64,000 nt of DNA from positions 8,171 through 72,170 of the forward strand of contig CAKQRB010000036.1 in assembly GCA_934271195.1 (NCBI GenBank), written 5' to 3'. The translations under genes and the position numbers were made by a program. The notes beneath the pieces were generated by a model. The model had not been told where the DNA came from. It made no database searches and saw nothing but the letters and a program-made list of their open reading frames with translations. Of the stretch, positions 48,177 to 57,400 are shown piece by piece; the first letter of the stretch is position 1, and each line of letters begins with the position of its first letter. The DNA comes from an uncultured Alphaproteobacteria bacterium. GTDB lineage: Bacteria > Pseudomonadota > Alphaproteobacteria > RF32 > CAG-239.

Positions 48177-48491
48177 AAAAAAATACGCTGCCTCAAATTT
48201 TCTCAAAATACTGATGCAAAATTTCAATTTCTGCATTTTCATCAGCCTGTTTTTATTATCGGTCTTTCCGTTGCATGAATATTATCACAACCCGACAAAT
48301 CAGACATTCTCCGCTTTGCAACAGTCTTTTTTACACTTCAACCGCAAATCTGTCTTTTCCAAACGTTCAGCTTTCTCTCCGCTGTCTCTTGTCGCAGAGC
48401 CTGCCAAATTTTTCTAAAATACAGCCGCTTCGACAGGCATAACATTTAATAAATCTCTCTGACCGACACCCAACGCCCCGCAAACAATAAG

Positions 48492-48689
48492 TTAATCCCA
48501 AATCTTAATATTGCCGGCCGCAATTCTGCCCTTGTCCTCATACAAATAAGAACTAACCTTCTGACCTTCTTTCAAATACTTAAATCAAGTTTTTTCCAAT
48601 TGTGAAATATGCAGAAAAAATTCCTGCTTGGTACCATTATCAATAATAAAACCATATCATTTTGCTACATTAAGGGATGAGTATAAATC
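48492..48689 (-). pseudogene. Cold-shock protein (CspA family) pseudogene
   Basis: The minus-strand frame reads DLYSSLNVAK*YGFIIDNGTKQEFFLHISQLEKT*FKYLKEGQKVSSYLYEDKGRIAAGNIKIWD*. This is clearly a cold-shock domain (KGFGFI, VFVHxS, EGQKV and AAGNI equivalents). It has two in-frame TGAs (48657-59 and 48585-87), no start codon and a degraded KWFN motif. AAAGGAG sits upstream. Confidence 0.7.
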
Positions 48690-48723
48690 TTATTATTCTT
48701 TTCTCCTTTAATGTGAGTTTAAC

Positions 48724-48777
48724 AAAAAAAAATTCCCCTTTGAAAATTTTTTTCAAAGGGGTTTTTCTTTTTTTCTC
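48724..48777. terminator. Strong bidirectional intrinsic terminator
   Basis: The 11-bp stem CCCCTTTGAAA / TTTCAAAGGGG (48735-45 / 48751-61) has a 10-A run upstream and TTTTTCTTTTTTT downstream. Confidence 0.8.
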
Positions 48778-48780
48778 CAC

Positions 48781-49075
48781 TTTCTGAGGGACAGTTCATA
48801 AACTGGGAATCCTATTGCTGGTGCAAACCTTTGTTTTAACTACGCTTGATGGCGTGGAACGGTGTCTAATGACACCTTTGCATTCAACCCTCATTAAAAT
48901 GGGGGGAGTCCGTAAGGCACCAAAACATTTTCAGAAATAAACTTCCACCAGTTATTGCAAGTGGTATTAACTGTTCCGAACTATGTTCGCCCAGCCCAAA
49001 GCTACGCAAGCCTAACGGATGGGCTGAAATGTCGTCATCTATCTGCTCACGCAGGCAGTGTTACGTTTGAACCAT
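48781..49075 (-). ncRNA. Candidate structured non-coding RNA, or long leader of the decayed csp gene (identity unknown)
   Basis: This ~300-nt segment has stops in all six frames. It is bracketed by two strong terminators and contains several perfect local hairpins (GGTGTC-TAAT-GACACC, CAGCCC...GGGCTG, CCAC...GTGG). I favour the minus strand because the 48.73-48.77 kb hairpin plus T-run would terminate it. Confidence 0.25.
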
Positions 49076-49111
49076 AAAAAAACAAACAAGGCGATTCGCA
49101 TCGCCTTTTTT
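49076..49111. terminator. Intrinsic terminator downstream of rplQ (bidirectional geometry)
   Basis: The stem GGCGAT / ATCGCC (49090-95 / 49100-105) has a 4-nt loop, TTTTTT on the plus side and an A-rich run on the other side. Confidence 0.7.
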
Positions 49112-49131
49112 GATTTTACTCAAAAGAAAAA

Positions 49132-49572
49132 CTAATTAGCTTCTTTGGCAGCTGCTTCAGCAGCAGCTTTTTCTTCGGCAACACGAGCCAGATCTTTTGC
49201 GCCTTTGGCGTTAACATCTCTGTCAACAAGCTCAATAACAGCCATCGGAGCACAGTCTCCATAACGGAAACCAGCCTTCAAAACTCTGGTATAACCGCCG
49301 TTGCGGTCTTTATAACGCTCGGCCAAAGTGGAGAAAAGCTTGGAAACAACTTCGTTGTCACGAAGAAAAGCCAAAGCCTGTCTGCGGTTGCTCAAATCAC
49401 CTTTTTTACCCAAGGTGATCATGTTATCAACAAAAATTCTCAATTCTTTAGCTCTCGGGAGAGTAACGCTAATCTGCTCATGTGTCAAAACAGCATTAGT
49501 CAGATTGGCAAACAAAGCTCTTCTTTGGCTTCTTGTCATATTAAGTTTTCTGTGTTTCATTCCATGTCTCAT
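49132..49572 (-). CDS. rplQ: 50S ribosomal protein L17
   Basis: I place the start at [11 protein letters not shown] (ATG at 49570-72 after AAGGAAA). The sequence is typical of L17. Confidence 0.95.
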   Translation of the reverse strand: MRHGMKHRKLNMTRSQRRALFANLTNAVLTHEQISVTLPRAKELRIFVDNMITLGKKGDLSNRRQALAFLRDNEVVSKLFSTLAERYKDRNGGYTRVLKAGFRYGDCAPMAVIELVDRDVNAKGAKDLARVAEEKAAAEAAAKEAN

Positions 49573-49813
49573 GACATATTTCCTTTCTTTTTCTCTATGT
49601 CCTGCAGGGCAGAACGGATAAAACATTCATCTCCACCACGGTTTTGCTTTCACATTCATGCATGGAGAACTTCATACTTCCCGATCAGGGAAAATGACTC
49701 GAAAAATGTGACATATAATAAGATTATAGGACGGAGAAAGTGAAGTATATAAGATAATACAAAGCACTTCTCCGACCCGCTAAATCTGTATTAGATGACC
49801 TTTATACAAGTCA

Positions 49814-50842
49814 TTAAAAGTGTTCGTCAACACGACGAATCAGTTCCTCAATGTTTTCAGGCGGCCACCCCGGTGTATCCATACCAAGATGAATACCCAT
49901 TTTTGCCAAAACTTCTTTGATTTCATTCAAAGATTTTCTACCAAAGTTCGGCGTTCTGAGCATTTCGGCTTCAGTCTTCTGAACCAAATCACCAATATAG
50001 ACAATATTGTCATTTTTGAGGCAGTTGGCAGAACGAACCGACAATTCAAGTTCTTCAACCTTTTTAAGCAGGTTTTTATTGAACGGCAGCTCTTCTTTTT
50101 CAACTTCAACTTCACTTTCCGGTTCATCAAAGTTAATAAACGGTTTCAGCTGATCTTGCAAAATTCTTGCTGCCAAAGCAACCGCATCTTCCGGAGAAAC
50201 AACACTGTTGGTTTCAACAACCAGAGTCAGCTTGTCATAGTCAGTAATCTGACCGACACGGGTATTCTCAACTTTGTAAGAAACTTTCTTAACCGGAGAA
50301 TAAATTGCATCTACGGCAATCACGCCGATCGGAGCATCTGCGGCTTTGTTCTGAAACGCCGGTACATAGCCTTTACCGGTATTAACCGTCAATTCCATGT
50401 TAATTTTAGCACCGACATCCAAATTACAGATAACATGGTCAGGATTCTTAATCTCAACGTCATGACCTGTATCAATCATCTGTGCGGTAACCTCACAAGG
50501 ACCTTCAGCCTTCAAAGTCATCGTCTTCGGGCCCTCGCCGTGAACAGCCACAGCCAAACCCTTAATGTTCAGGACGATATCTGTAACATCTTCTCTGACC
50601 CCCGGAATAACGGAAAACTCATGAAGCACACCGTTAATCTTAATAGCGGTTACGGCACCGCCTTGCAGAGAAGACAGCAAAACGCGTCTCAACGCGTTAC
50701 CCAAAGTTAATCCGAAACCCCGCTCCAGAGGTTCAACCACGATTTTAGCCTTGCTGCCGCCATCACTGGGTACAACTTCTAAGTTCGTAGGTTTAATAAG
50801 TTCTTGCCAATTCTTTTGAATCACTGGTATGTCCTCTTTCAA
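49814..50842 (-). CDS. rpoA: DNA-directed RNA polymerase alpha subunit
   Basis: The 342-aa ORF has an N-terminal domain ([21 protein letters not shown]) and a C-terminal domain ([22 protein letters not shown]). Confidence 0.97.
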   Translation of the reverse strand: MKEDIPVIQKNWQELIKPTNLEVVPSDGGSKAKIVVEPLERGFGLTLGNALRRVLLSSLQGGAVTAIKINGVLHEFSVIPGVREDVTDIVLNIKGLAVAVHGEGPKTMTLKAEGPCEVTAQMIDTGHDVEIKNPDHVICNLDVGAKINMELTVNTGKGYVPAFQNKAADAPIGVIAVDAIYSPVKKVSYKVENTRVGQITDYDKLTLVVETNSVVSPEDAVALAARILQDQLKPFINFDEPESEVEVEKEELPFNKNLLKKVEELELSVRSANCLKNDNIVYIGDLVQKTEAEMLRTPNFGRKSLNEIKEVLAKMGIHLGMDTPGWPPENIEELIRRVDEHF

Positions 50843-50928
50843 TTAGTGCATATGCATATTTTACAAAACTTAAGAGAAAGCGAGGCACTAAAGCAGCCTC
50901 GATCTCTTTACATAACAAAGATAAAAGA

Positions 50929-51321
50929 CTAAACGCGGCGTCTTTTTCTCAAGCGGCAGCCATTGTGAGGAATAGGAGTAACATCACGAATAGAAGTGAT
51001 GGTAAAACCTATAACCTGCAATGCTCTGATCGCAGATTCTCTACCAGAACCGGGACCTTTAACTTCAACTTCCAGAGTTTTCATGCCGTGTTCCTGAGCT
51101 TTTTTACCTGCATCTTCTGCGGCCACCTGAGCGGCATAAGGAGTAGATTTTCTGGAACCTTTAAAACCCTGAGCACCCGATGTTGACCAGGCAACGGTAT
51201 TGCCCTGAGCATCGGTAATTGTAATTCTTGTGTTATTGAAAGTAGAATTTACATGAGCAACACCCGCTGTAATATTCTTCTTTTCTTTTTTCTTCACACG
51301 TTGTGATACTGCTTTTGCCAT
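50929..51321 (-). CDS. rpsK: 30S ribosomal protein S11
   Basis: The 130-aa ORF contains [18 protein letters not shown] and matches conserved gene order. Confidence 0.96.
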   Translation of the reverse strand: MAKAVSQRVKKKEKKNITAGVAHVNSTFNNTRITITDAQGNTVAWSTSGAQGFKGSRKSTPYAAQVAAEDAGKKAQEHGMKTLEVEVKGPGSGRESAIRALQVIGFTITSIRDVTPIPHNGCRLRKRRRV

Positions 51322-51340
51322 TTAACAACTACCCTTCAAA

Positions 51341-51709
51341 CTATTTTTTCTTGTTAGCGACAGTTTTACGTTTGCCTTTGCGGGTTCTGGCATTTTGTTT
51401 AGTGCTCTGTCCGCGGACCGGCAAACCTTTACGATGTCTCAGGCCTCTGTAACAGCCCAAGTCCATCAGCCTTTTAATATTAACACCGACTTCACGGCGC
51501 AATTCGCCTTCAACGAGGCAGTTTGAATCAATTTCTTCACGGATTTTGGCAATCTCGTCTTCGCTCAGATCCTGAACGCGACGATCGCCGGAAACTCCGG
51601 TTTTTGCACAAATGTCTTGAGCAGTTTTTCTTCCAATACCGAAAATATAAGTCAGCGCGACTTCAATCTTCTTGGCAGTTGGGATATTTACACCAGCTAT
51701 ACGAGCCAA
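51341..51709 (-). CDS. rpsM: 30S ribosomal protein S13
   Basis: The 122-aa ORF starts [10 protein letters not shown] from a TTG codon after GGAGAG. Confidence 0.96.
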   Translation of the reverse strand: MARIAGVNIPTAKKIEVALTYIFGIGRKTAQDICAKTGVSGDRRVQDLSEDEIAKIREEIDSNCLVEGELRREVGVNIKRLMDLGCYRGLRHRKGLPVRGQSTKQNARTRKGKRKTVANKKK

Positions 51710-51780
51710 ATTAACTCTCCATTTTTAAAAAAATTTACCACATTCAAAAAGTTGATCACCACTCTTCAAAATTAAGGCGG

Positions 51781-51808
51781 ATTATATGCCAAAAATTTTT
51801 AGTGTCAA
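51781..51808 (-). promoter_or_regulatory. Consensus sigma-70 promoter for rpsM-rpsK-rpoA-rplQ
   Basis: On the minus strand the sequence reads TTGACA-N16-TATAAT (both hexamers perfect). It sits in the adk-rpsM spacer, about 70 nt upstream of the rpsM start. Confidence 0.6.
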
Positions 51809-51860
51809 CCACCCTTTTTACAAAATTCTTGAAAAAAACGCATTTTTTTCAAAAAATTCA

Positions 51861-52532
51861 TTATGCGACGGCCAAAAGGCTGTCAACCTTCTTCGCCGTG
51901 GCCTCAATCGTACCTGTCCCGTCCACACATCTGAGTAAACCTTTCTGCTCAAAGTAAGGAATTGTCGGATACGTATAAACCCGATAATTAACGAGTCGAT
52001 TCTGCACAGTCGTCCGGTTATCATCAAGACGGCGATAAAAATCCGTACCGCCGCACTTATCACAAACGCCGTAAACCTTAGGTTTGTGAAATTTATCATG
52101 ATAACCTTCCCCGCAAGTCATACAGGCATAACGACCGAGAATACGCTCTATAATGATCTCATCAGGAACCTGAATTTCAATAACCGCATCAAGTTTGATT
52201 CCTTTTTTGGCGAGTAGATCTTCCAAAGCTTCGGCCTGCGGCAAAGTCCGCGGGAAACCGTCCAGAATAAAACCGTTTTTGCAGTCATCTTCATCAATGC
52301 GCTGCGAAACCATCTTAATAATCATTTCATCAGTCACAAAAGAACCGGCATCCAAAAGCTTTTTGATTTCGAGTCCCAACGGAGTCGCTTTTGCCGCTTC
52401 CGCGCGCAGCATTTCTCCCGTCGACAAATGACAAATATTCACTTTTTCTTTCAGGAGTCGCGCCTGTGTTCCCTTACCGCAGCCCGGAGCGCCGGTAAAA
52501 ACCAGATGCAAGCCTAAACCGTTCCGATTCAT
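51861..52532 (-). CDS. adk: Adenylate kinase (zinc-lid type)
   Basis: The 223-aa ORF has a P-loop (GAPGCGKGTQ) and lid cysteines (CMTCG ... CDKCGG). It overlaps the secY stop as TAATG. Confidence 0.95.
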   Translation of the reverse strand: MNRNGLGLHLVFTGAPGCGKGTQARLLKEKVNICHLSTGEMLRAEAAKATPLGLEIKKLLDAGSFVTDEMIIKMVSQRIDEDDCKNGFILDGFPRTLPQAEALEDLLAKKGIKLDAVIEIQVPDEIIIERILGRYACMTCGEGYHDKFHKPKVYGVCDKCGGTDFYRRLDDNRTTVQNRLVNYRVYTYPTIPYFEQKGLLRCVDGTGTIEATAKKVDSLLAVA

Positions 52533-53884
52533 TATCTTCTCTTTCCTTTTCTGGCCAAAGAAGCTTTCTTAATCAAGGATTCGTATTGATAAGCAATCAG
52601 ATGAGACTGAACCTGTCCGACAAAATCCATGGTAACCTGAACCACGATCAAAAGCGTTGTGCCGCCCAAAACAAATGGAACGGAAAGACGGCTGATTAAA
52701 ATTTCAGGCAAGATACACAAAGCCACCAGATAAACCGCGCCCAAAACCGTCAGACGGGTAACAACATAGTCAAGATACTCGGCTGTGTTTTTCCCCGGGC
52801 GAATACCGGCAATAAAGCCGCCGTGTTTTTTCAAATTATCGGCCGTTTCTTCCGGATTGAACACAATCGCGGTATAAAAGAAAGCAAAAAACAAAATCAA
52901 ACCGGCATACAATGTCAGATACAATGGTTGGCCGTGACCAAGCAGCTGGCTCAAAGTCTGAACCCAGGCCGGCCCGCTTTCGGCGCTGAAATTAGCAATC
53001 GTAATCGGCAATAGCAACAAAGAGCTGGCAAAAATCGGCGGGATAACGCCGGTCGGATTAATTTTTAACGGCAGATGAGAACTTTCAGCCGTACTGCCGC
53101 CCAACATAGCCGGACGCTACGGATATTGAATTGTAATTTTTCTCTGGGCTCTCTCAACCAAAACAATGGTATAAATCAAAACAACGACCATAATCATCAG
53201 CAGGGCAATCACGCCTAAAGACATAGAGCCGACCCGCCCCAGCTCAAAGGTCTTGGCCAGAGCCGACGGAATATTGGCAATAATACCGACCGTAATAATC
53301 AGGGAAGAACCATTGCCAACACCGCGAGCCGTAATCTGTTCGCCCAGCCAGACGATAAACATTGTACCGCCGACCAGAGAAACCACTGTTGTAAACTTAA
53401 AGGTAAAACCTGGATCAACCACGGCAGAAACACCGGCCGCACCGGTCATTCCTTCCAAACCGACGGCAATACCATATCCCTGGATAATAGTAATCAAAAC
53501 CGTCAAAATGCGGGTATACTGCGTAATTTTTCGATGTCCGGCTTCGCCTTCTTTCTTCAGCGCTCCCAGAGACGGAATAACCGACTGCCCGAGCTGAACA
53601 ATAATAGAAGCCGAAATGTACGGCATAATATTAAGAGCAAAAATGGTCATACGCTCTAACGCGCCACCGGCAAACATATTAAACATTCCGAGGATGCCGC
53701 CTGAATTTCTGTTAAAAATATCAGCCAGAATATGCGGATCAATCCCCGGCAGCGGGATAAATGTTCCCAACCGGAAAACGATTAAGGCCAAAATTGTAAA
53801 CCACAATCTTTTCTTTAGTTCTTCAGCTTTGCTAAAAGCAGACATATCAAGATTCGCTGCCATTTTTTCTGCAAGAGAAACCAT
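52532..53884 (-). pseudogene. secY: Preprotein translocase SecY, interrupted by one in-frame TAG (53117-53119)
   Basis: Two same-frame ORFs of 255 and 191 aa together make a full-length SecY: ...RKITIQYP[TAG]RPAMLGGSTAESSHLPLKINPTGVIPPIFASS... I saw no other lesion. It could be a true pseudogene, a sequencing error or a read-through site, and I cannot tell which. Confidence 0.6.
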
Positions 53885-53948
53885 TTTTACTTCCTTATTT
53901 TATTTTTAAACAACCAAGCAAGGGATATTTCCCTTTTAAACTAAGCTA

Positions 53949-53976
53949 GTTATACACGAAAAAAATTTTAATTCAA
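53949..53976 (-). promoter_or_regulatory. Candidate promoter dedicated to secY-adk
   Basis: On the minus strand the sequence reads TTGAAT-N16-TATAAC, about 65 nt upstream of the secY ATG. It is followed by the 6-bp hairpin AAGGGA/TCCCTT (53920-35) in the leader. Confidence 0.35.
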
Positions 53977-54353
53977 CAAAATTATCCATTTACACCATGA
54001 GAATAAAACAATTCTCTAAATATTCAACAAAACATTTGTAAAAGAACACCTGTCTTTTATCCTAAATAGGAATGTGATTTCTGATTTGAAGGAAGAAACA
54101 CGGAAGAAAAAGTTTTCAGCAAACTCCCCGGTGGCGACACCAATGGAGAGAAACGATGGAGCAAACGCTTATACGCGGTGGGTTCGAAACCGGACAGTCC
54201 TGCGCAACGAATAAAATAGCTGAACATAGACACACTGGCAGATTCTGATTTTTACCCCAAAGCAATCATTCCTTACTTAAAAAAGCTAAAAGACATTAAC
54301 AAAACCATTATTCTCAGTGATATAAACTGACAGCATTCTTCTCCTATTAAAAC

Positions 54354-54384
54354 AAAAAAGCGGCTTCTCACAAAACCGCTTTTT
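54354..54384. terminator. Intrinsic terminator downstream of the 67-aa ORF
   Basis: The stem AGCGG / CCGCT has an A-run on one side and a T-run on the other. It starts about 7 nt past the ORF stop. Confidence 0.5.
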
Positions 54385-54390
54385 ATTAAA

Positions 54391-54594
54391 TTAGTAACCG
54401 CGACGATAACGGCGCAACTTTTGTAAACCTATACAGAGTAGCGCTGCCCAGCATGAAACACCTGATGTAATGAGTGCTACTAGGGCTACATCCATGTAAT
54501 GCTTAAATCCGGCTACCCAGAACAACACAACGCCAGCCATCGCAATAACCAATGCAATAATAATAATTTTTTCTAATTTTTCCATTCTTTCCAT
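54391..54594 (-). CDS. Small two-helix membrane protein (67 aa), inserted between rplO and secY
   Basis: MERMEKLEKIIIIALVIAMAGVVLFWVAGF ... VALVALITSGVSCWAALLCIGL ... RRYRRGY gives two clear TM helices and a basic tail. It has its own terminators upstream and downstream. Confidence 0.5.
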   Translation of the reverse strand: MERMEKLEKIIIIALVIAMAGVVLFWVAGFKHYMDVALVALITSGVSCWAALLCIGLQKLRRYRRGY

Positions 54595-54714
54595 ATTTTT
54601 TTAATTTTTATGGGGTTCTCCCCGATTAGTAATTCTCAAAATAATTTAACATTGGAATGTACCATATCACACTTTTATGTCCATATCAAGCTTTTTTTGA
54701 CAAAAAATATTTTT

Positions 54715-54749
54715 TAAAAGAAAAAGGCGGAACAATTATCCCGCCTTTT
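54715..54749. terminator. Intrinsic terminator directly downstream of rplO
   Basis: The stem GGCGG / CCGCC (54725-29 / 54740-44) has A-rich and T-rich flanks. It lies about 30 nt past the rplO stop. Confidence 0.6.
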
Positions 54750-54777
54750 TCATCAAATTGCTGTTCTGCTTTCAAGC

Positions 54778-55230
54778 TTAGATAAAGTTAACTTTACCAC
54801 CGGCTTTTTCAACAGCTTCAACAGCTGCTTTGGAAGCAGAATTAACGCTGATAACAACTTTTGCAGTCAAAGCACCGCGAGCCAACAAGCGAACACCGTC
54901 CAATTTCTTGGAAATAACGCCCGCGCTCATCAATGTATCAACATCAATAGCTTCGGCCTTCAACTTACCTGCATCAACAGCCTTTTGAATAGTATCAAGA
55001 TTTACAACGGCAAACTCTTTAGAGAACGGGTTATTAAAACCACGCTTCGGAAGTCTGCGGTAAATAGGCATTTGACCGCCTTCAAAACCGTTAACGGCAA
55101 CACCTGAACGGGACTTCTGGCCTTTCTGACCACGACCGCCGGTCTTACCTGAGCCGCTGCCAATACCGCGGGCAACGCGCTTACGGGACTTTCTGGCGCC
55201 TTCGTTATCTTTAATTTCATTCAATTTCAT
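54778..55230 (-). CDS. rplO: 50S ribosomal protein L15
   Basis: The 150-aa ORF starts [34 protein letters not shown]. Confidence 0.96.
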   Translation of the reverse strand: MKLNEIKDNEGARKSRKRVARGIGSGSGKTGGRGQKGQKSRSGVAVNGFEGGQMPIYRRLPKRGFNNPFSKEFAVVNLDTIQKAVDAGKLKAEAIDVDTLMSAGVISKKLDGVRLLARGALTAKVVISVNSASKAAVEAVEKAGGKVNFI

Positions 55231-55296
55231 ATCTATTCACCTTAAATAATCGGAGTAAGGAGCCGGCAGAAGATTTGACCGCTGCCAACTGCCACA

Positions 55297-55485
55297 TTAC
55301 TTTTCAACTTTAACCAAGTGAGCCACTTTTTTAATCATCCCGCGTACCGAAGGAGTATCCTCCAAAACCGATACTTTGTGCATTTTGTTCAGGCCCAGCC
55401 CTTTAAGGGTAGCTTCCTGATCAGCCGGACGATTATTCGCGCTTCTGATTTGAGTAACTTTAATAGTTTTTTTATTTGCTGACAT
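55297..55485 (-). CDS. rpmD: 50S ribosomal protein L30
   Basis: The 62-aa ORF contains [25 protein letters not shown]. Confidence 0.93.
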   Translation of the reverse strand: MSANKKTIKVTQIRSANNRPADQEATLKGLGLNKMHKVSVLEDTPSVRGMIKKVAHLVKVEK

Positions 55486-55488
55486 CGA

Positions 55489-56052
55489 TTAAGCCTCCTC
55501 AACTGAAAGTTTTGCATTTGAAGAGTTTTCACGACGGCTAACAATATCACCGACTTTTTTGCCGCGTTTGGCAGCAACCATTCTCGGAGAATTGATAGAT
55601 TGCAAAGCGTCAAAAGTTGCCTTAATCATATTATAAGGGTTGTTGGAACCCAAAGACTTAGCAACAACGTCTTGCACACCCAAAACTTCAAAAATAGCAC
55701 GCATCGGGCCGCCGGCAATAACACCGGTACCGGCAGGAGCTGTTCTCAGAACAACTTTACCCGCACCAAAACGTCCGTGAACATCATGATGAAGAGTTCT
55801 GCCCTCACGCAGAGGAATGCGAACCATATTTTTCTTAGCTTCATTGGTAGCTTTGACAATAGCATCGGGAACCTCGGTTGCCTTACCGGAACCATAGCCG
55901 ACACGGCCTTTCTGGTCACCGACAACAACAACAGCGGCAAAGGACATATTGCGTCCGCCCTTAACAGTCTTAGCTACGCGGTTAATATGAACCAGTTTCT
56001 CAACCAATTCATCTTTCTTTTCTGCCTTACGACGATCTACAGCTTGTGCCAT
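55489..56052 (-). CDS. rpsE: 30S ribosomal protein S5
   Basis: The 187-aa ORF contains [24 protein letters not shown]. Confidence 0.96.
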   Translation of the reverse strand: MAQAVDRRKAEKKDELVEKLVHINRVAKTVKGGRNMSFAAVVVVGDQKGRVGYGSGKATEVPDAIVKATNEAKKNMVRIPLREGRTLHHDVHGRFGAGKVVLRTAPAGTGVIAGGPMRAIFEVLGVQDVVAKSLGSNNPYNMIKATFDALQSINSPRMVAAKRGKKVGDIVSRRENSSNAKLSVEEA

Positions 56053-56063
56053 AACATAATCTC

Positions 56064-56429
56064 CTAGAATTTCAGACCAGCTTCACGAGCTGCATCAGCT
56101 AAAGCTTTAACACGACCATGGTAGATGTAACCGCCTCTGTCAAAGACAACTTCACTTACACCGGATTTCAATGCTCTTTCGGCAACAGTCTTACCAATAA
56201 CGCTTGCAGCCTCAATGGTAGAAGACTTTTTAATCTGGTCTCTGATCTCTTTGTCCAAGGTAGAAGCAGAAGCTACGGTAGCACCTTTGGCATCGTCAAT
56301 AACCTGCACGTAAATATGCTTTCCGCTGCGAAATACAGACAGTCTCATCTTTCCATTCGCAGCTTTTTTCAAAGCTGTTCTTACGCGGCTTTTTCTTTTT
56401 TCAAATAACTCTTTTGGCGTATTCATCAA
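56064..56429 (-). CDS. rplR: 50S ribosomal protein L18
   Basis: The 121-aa ORF contains [18 protein letters not shown] and ends [19 protein letters not shown]. Confidence 0.96.
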   Translation of the reverse strand: MMNTPKELFEKRKSRVRTALKKAANGKMRLSVFRSGKHIYVQVIDDAKGATVASASTLDKEIRDQIKKSSTIEAASVIGKTVAERALKSGVSEVVFDRGGYIYHGRVKALADAAREAGLKF

Positions 56430-56437
56430 ATTAATCC

Positions 56438-56977
56438 TTATTTCTTCTTGCCTTCTTTACGACGTACGTATTCGCCTTCGTATCTGATACCTTTTCCTTT
56501 GTAAGGCTCAGGTTTTCTGAACTCGCGAATTTCTGCCGCAGTCTGGCCGACTAATTGCTTATCCGCACCGGAGATACAAATCTGTGTCGGGCTTGCGCAA
56601 GAAACTTTCAAACCTTCGGGAACCTCAAAAATAACGTCATGAGAATATCCCAGAGAAAGTACAAGCTTGCGGGAACCTTCAACGCGGGCTTTATAACCAA
56701 CGCCCAACAGTTCCATATTTTTAGAAAAACCTTCGTTAACGCCTTTAACCATAGTGTTAATTCTGGCTCTTGTCGTACCCCACAAAGTTCTAGCCTGTTT
56801 CGTATCTGACAACGGAGAAACAGTGACAGCATTGTTTTCGACTTTTGCAGCGATATGGCTATCATCAAAAGCATAGCTCAGCTCGCCCAATTTTCCTTTA
56901 GCGGTAACAACGTTATTGTTAATATCAACCGTAACGCCGTTCGGGATAATAACCGGATATTTTCCAACTCTAGACAT
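56438..56977 (-). CDS. rplF: 50S ribosomal protein L6
   Basis: The 179-aa ORF starts [17 protein letters not shown] and contains [11 protein letters not shown]. Confidence 0.96.
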   Translation of the reverse strand: MSRVGKYPVIIPNGVTVDINNNVVTAKGKLGELSYAFDDSHIAAKVENNAVTVSPLSDTKQARTLWGTTRARINTMVKGVNEGFSKNMELLGVGYKARVEGSRKLVLSLGYSHDVIFEVPEGLKVSCASPTQICISGADKQLVGQTAAEIREFRKPEPYKGKGIRYEGEYVRRKEGKKK

Positions 56978-56989
56978 CCATTTTCTCCC

Positions 56990-57388
56990 TTAAAATACCT
57001 GACACAAAATTTCACCGCCAACGTTGGCTTTGCGGGCTTCATGGTCACTCATAACACCTTGCGGCGTAGAAATGATGGAAATACCCAAACCATTGTACAC
57101 TCTCGGCAGATCTTTAACGCTGGAGTATACGCGTCTGCCCGGAGTGGACACGCGGTAAATTTCTGTAATTACACCAGTACCTTCATGGTACTTCAATTGA
57201 ATACGAAGCTCATCAACGCCGGCACGAACATTAACTCTTTCATAACCGGAAATATAACCTTCTTTCTTCAAAACTTCCAAAACATTTTCACGCAGGCGGG
57301 AAGCAGGTGATACAACATCACTTTTCTTAGCCCTTTGTGCGTTTCTGATGCGTGTGAGCATATCGCCCAAAGTATCTGACATAGACAT
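56990..57388 (-). CDS. rpsH: 30S ribosomal protein S8
   Basis: The 132-aa ORF contains [16 protein letters not shown]. Confidence 0.96.
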   Translation of the reverse strand: MSMSDTLGDMLTRIRNAQRAKKSDVVSPASRLRENVLEVLKKEGYISGYERVNVRAGVDELRIQLKYHEGTGVITEIYRVSTPGRRVYSSVKDLPRVYNGLGISIISTPQGVMSDHEARKANVGGEILCQVF

Positions 57389-57400
57389 TATCTCACTCTC

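Noticed and set aside
48064-48417. 117-aa plus-strand ORF spanning the antiporter 3' end and downstream spacer
   Set aside because: It starts out of frame inside the antiporter gene. It begins with a Lys/Met-rich frame-shifted reading of the acidic tail, and has no RBS and no motif. It is probably spurious.
48781-49075. Two-piece alphaproteobacterial tmRNA or RNase P RNA
   Set aside because: A CCACCA string (48945-50) has no T-arm upstream and no complementary GGGG-type 5' acceptor strand downstream. No reading frame encodes an AND...AA-type tag. GGGGGGAGTCCG only superficially resembles the RNase P GGAAAGUCCGG box, the other universal boxes are absent, and the segment is too short.
54180-54215. 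tRNA or tmRNA T-arm-like sequence GGTTCGAAACC in the rplO-secY spacer
   Set aside because: The flanking bases (GTGGG / CCGGA) form only 2-3 pairs of a T-stem. There is no matching acceptor strand, anticodon arm or CCA context within 90 nt. It lies inside an open frame that looks like a protein-gene remnant.
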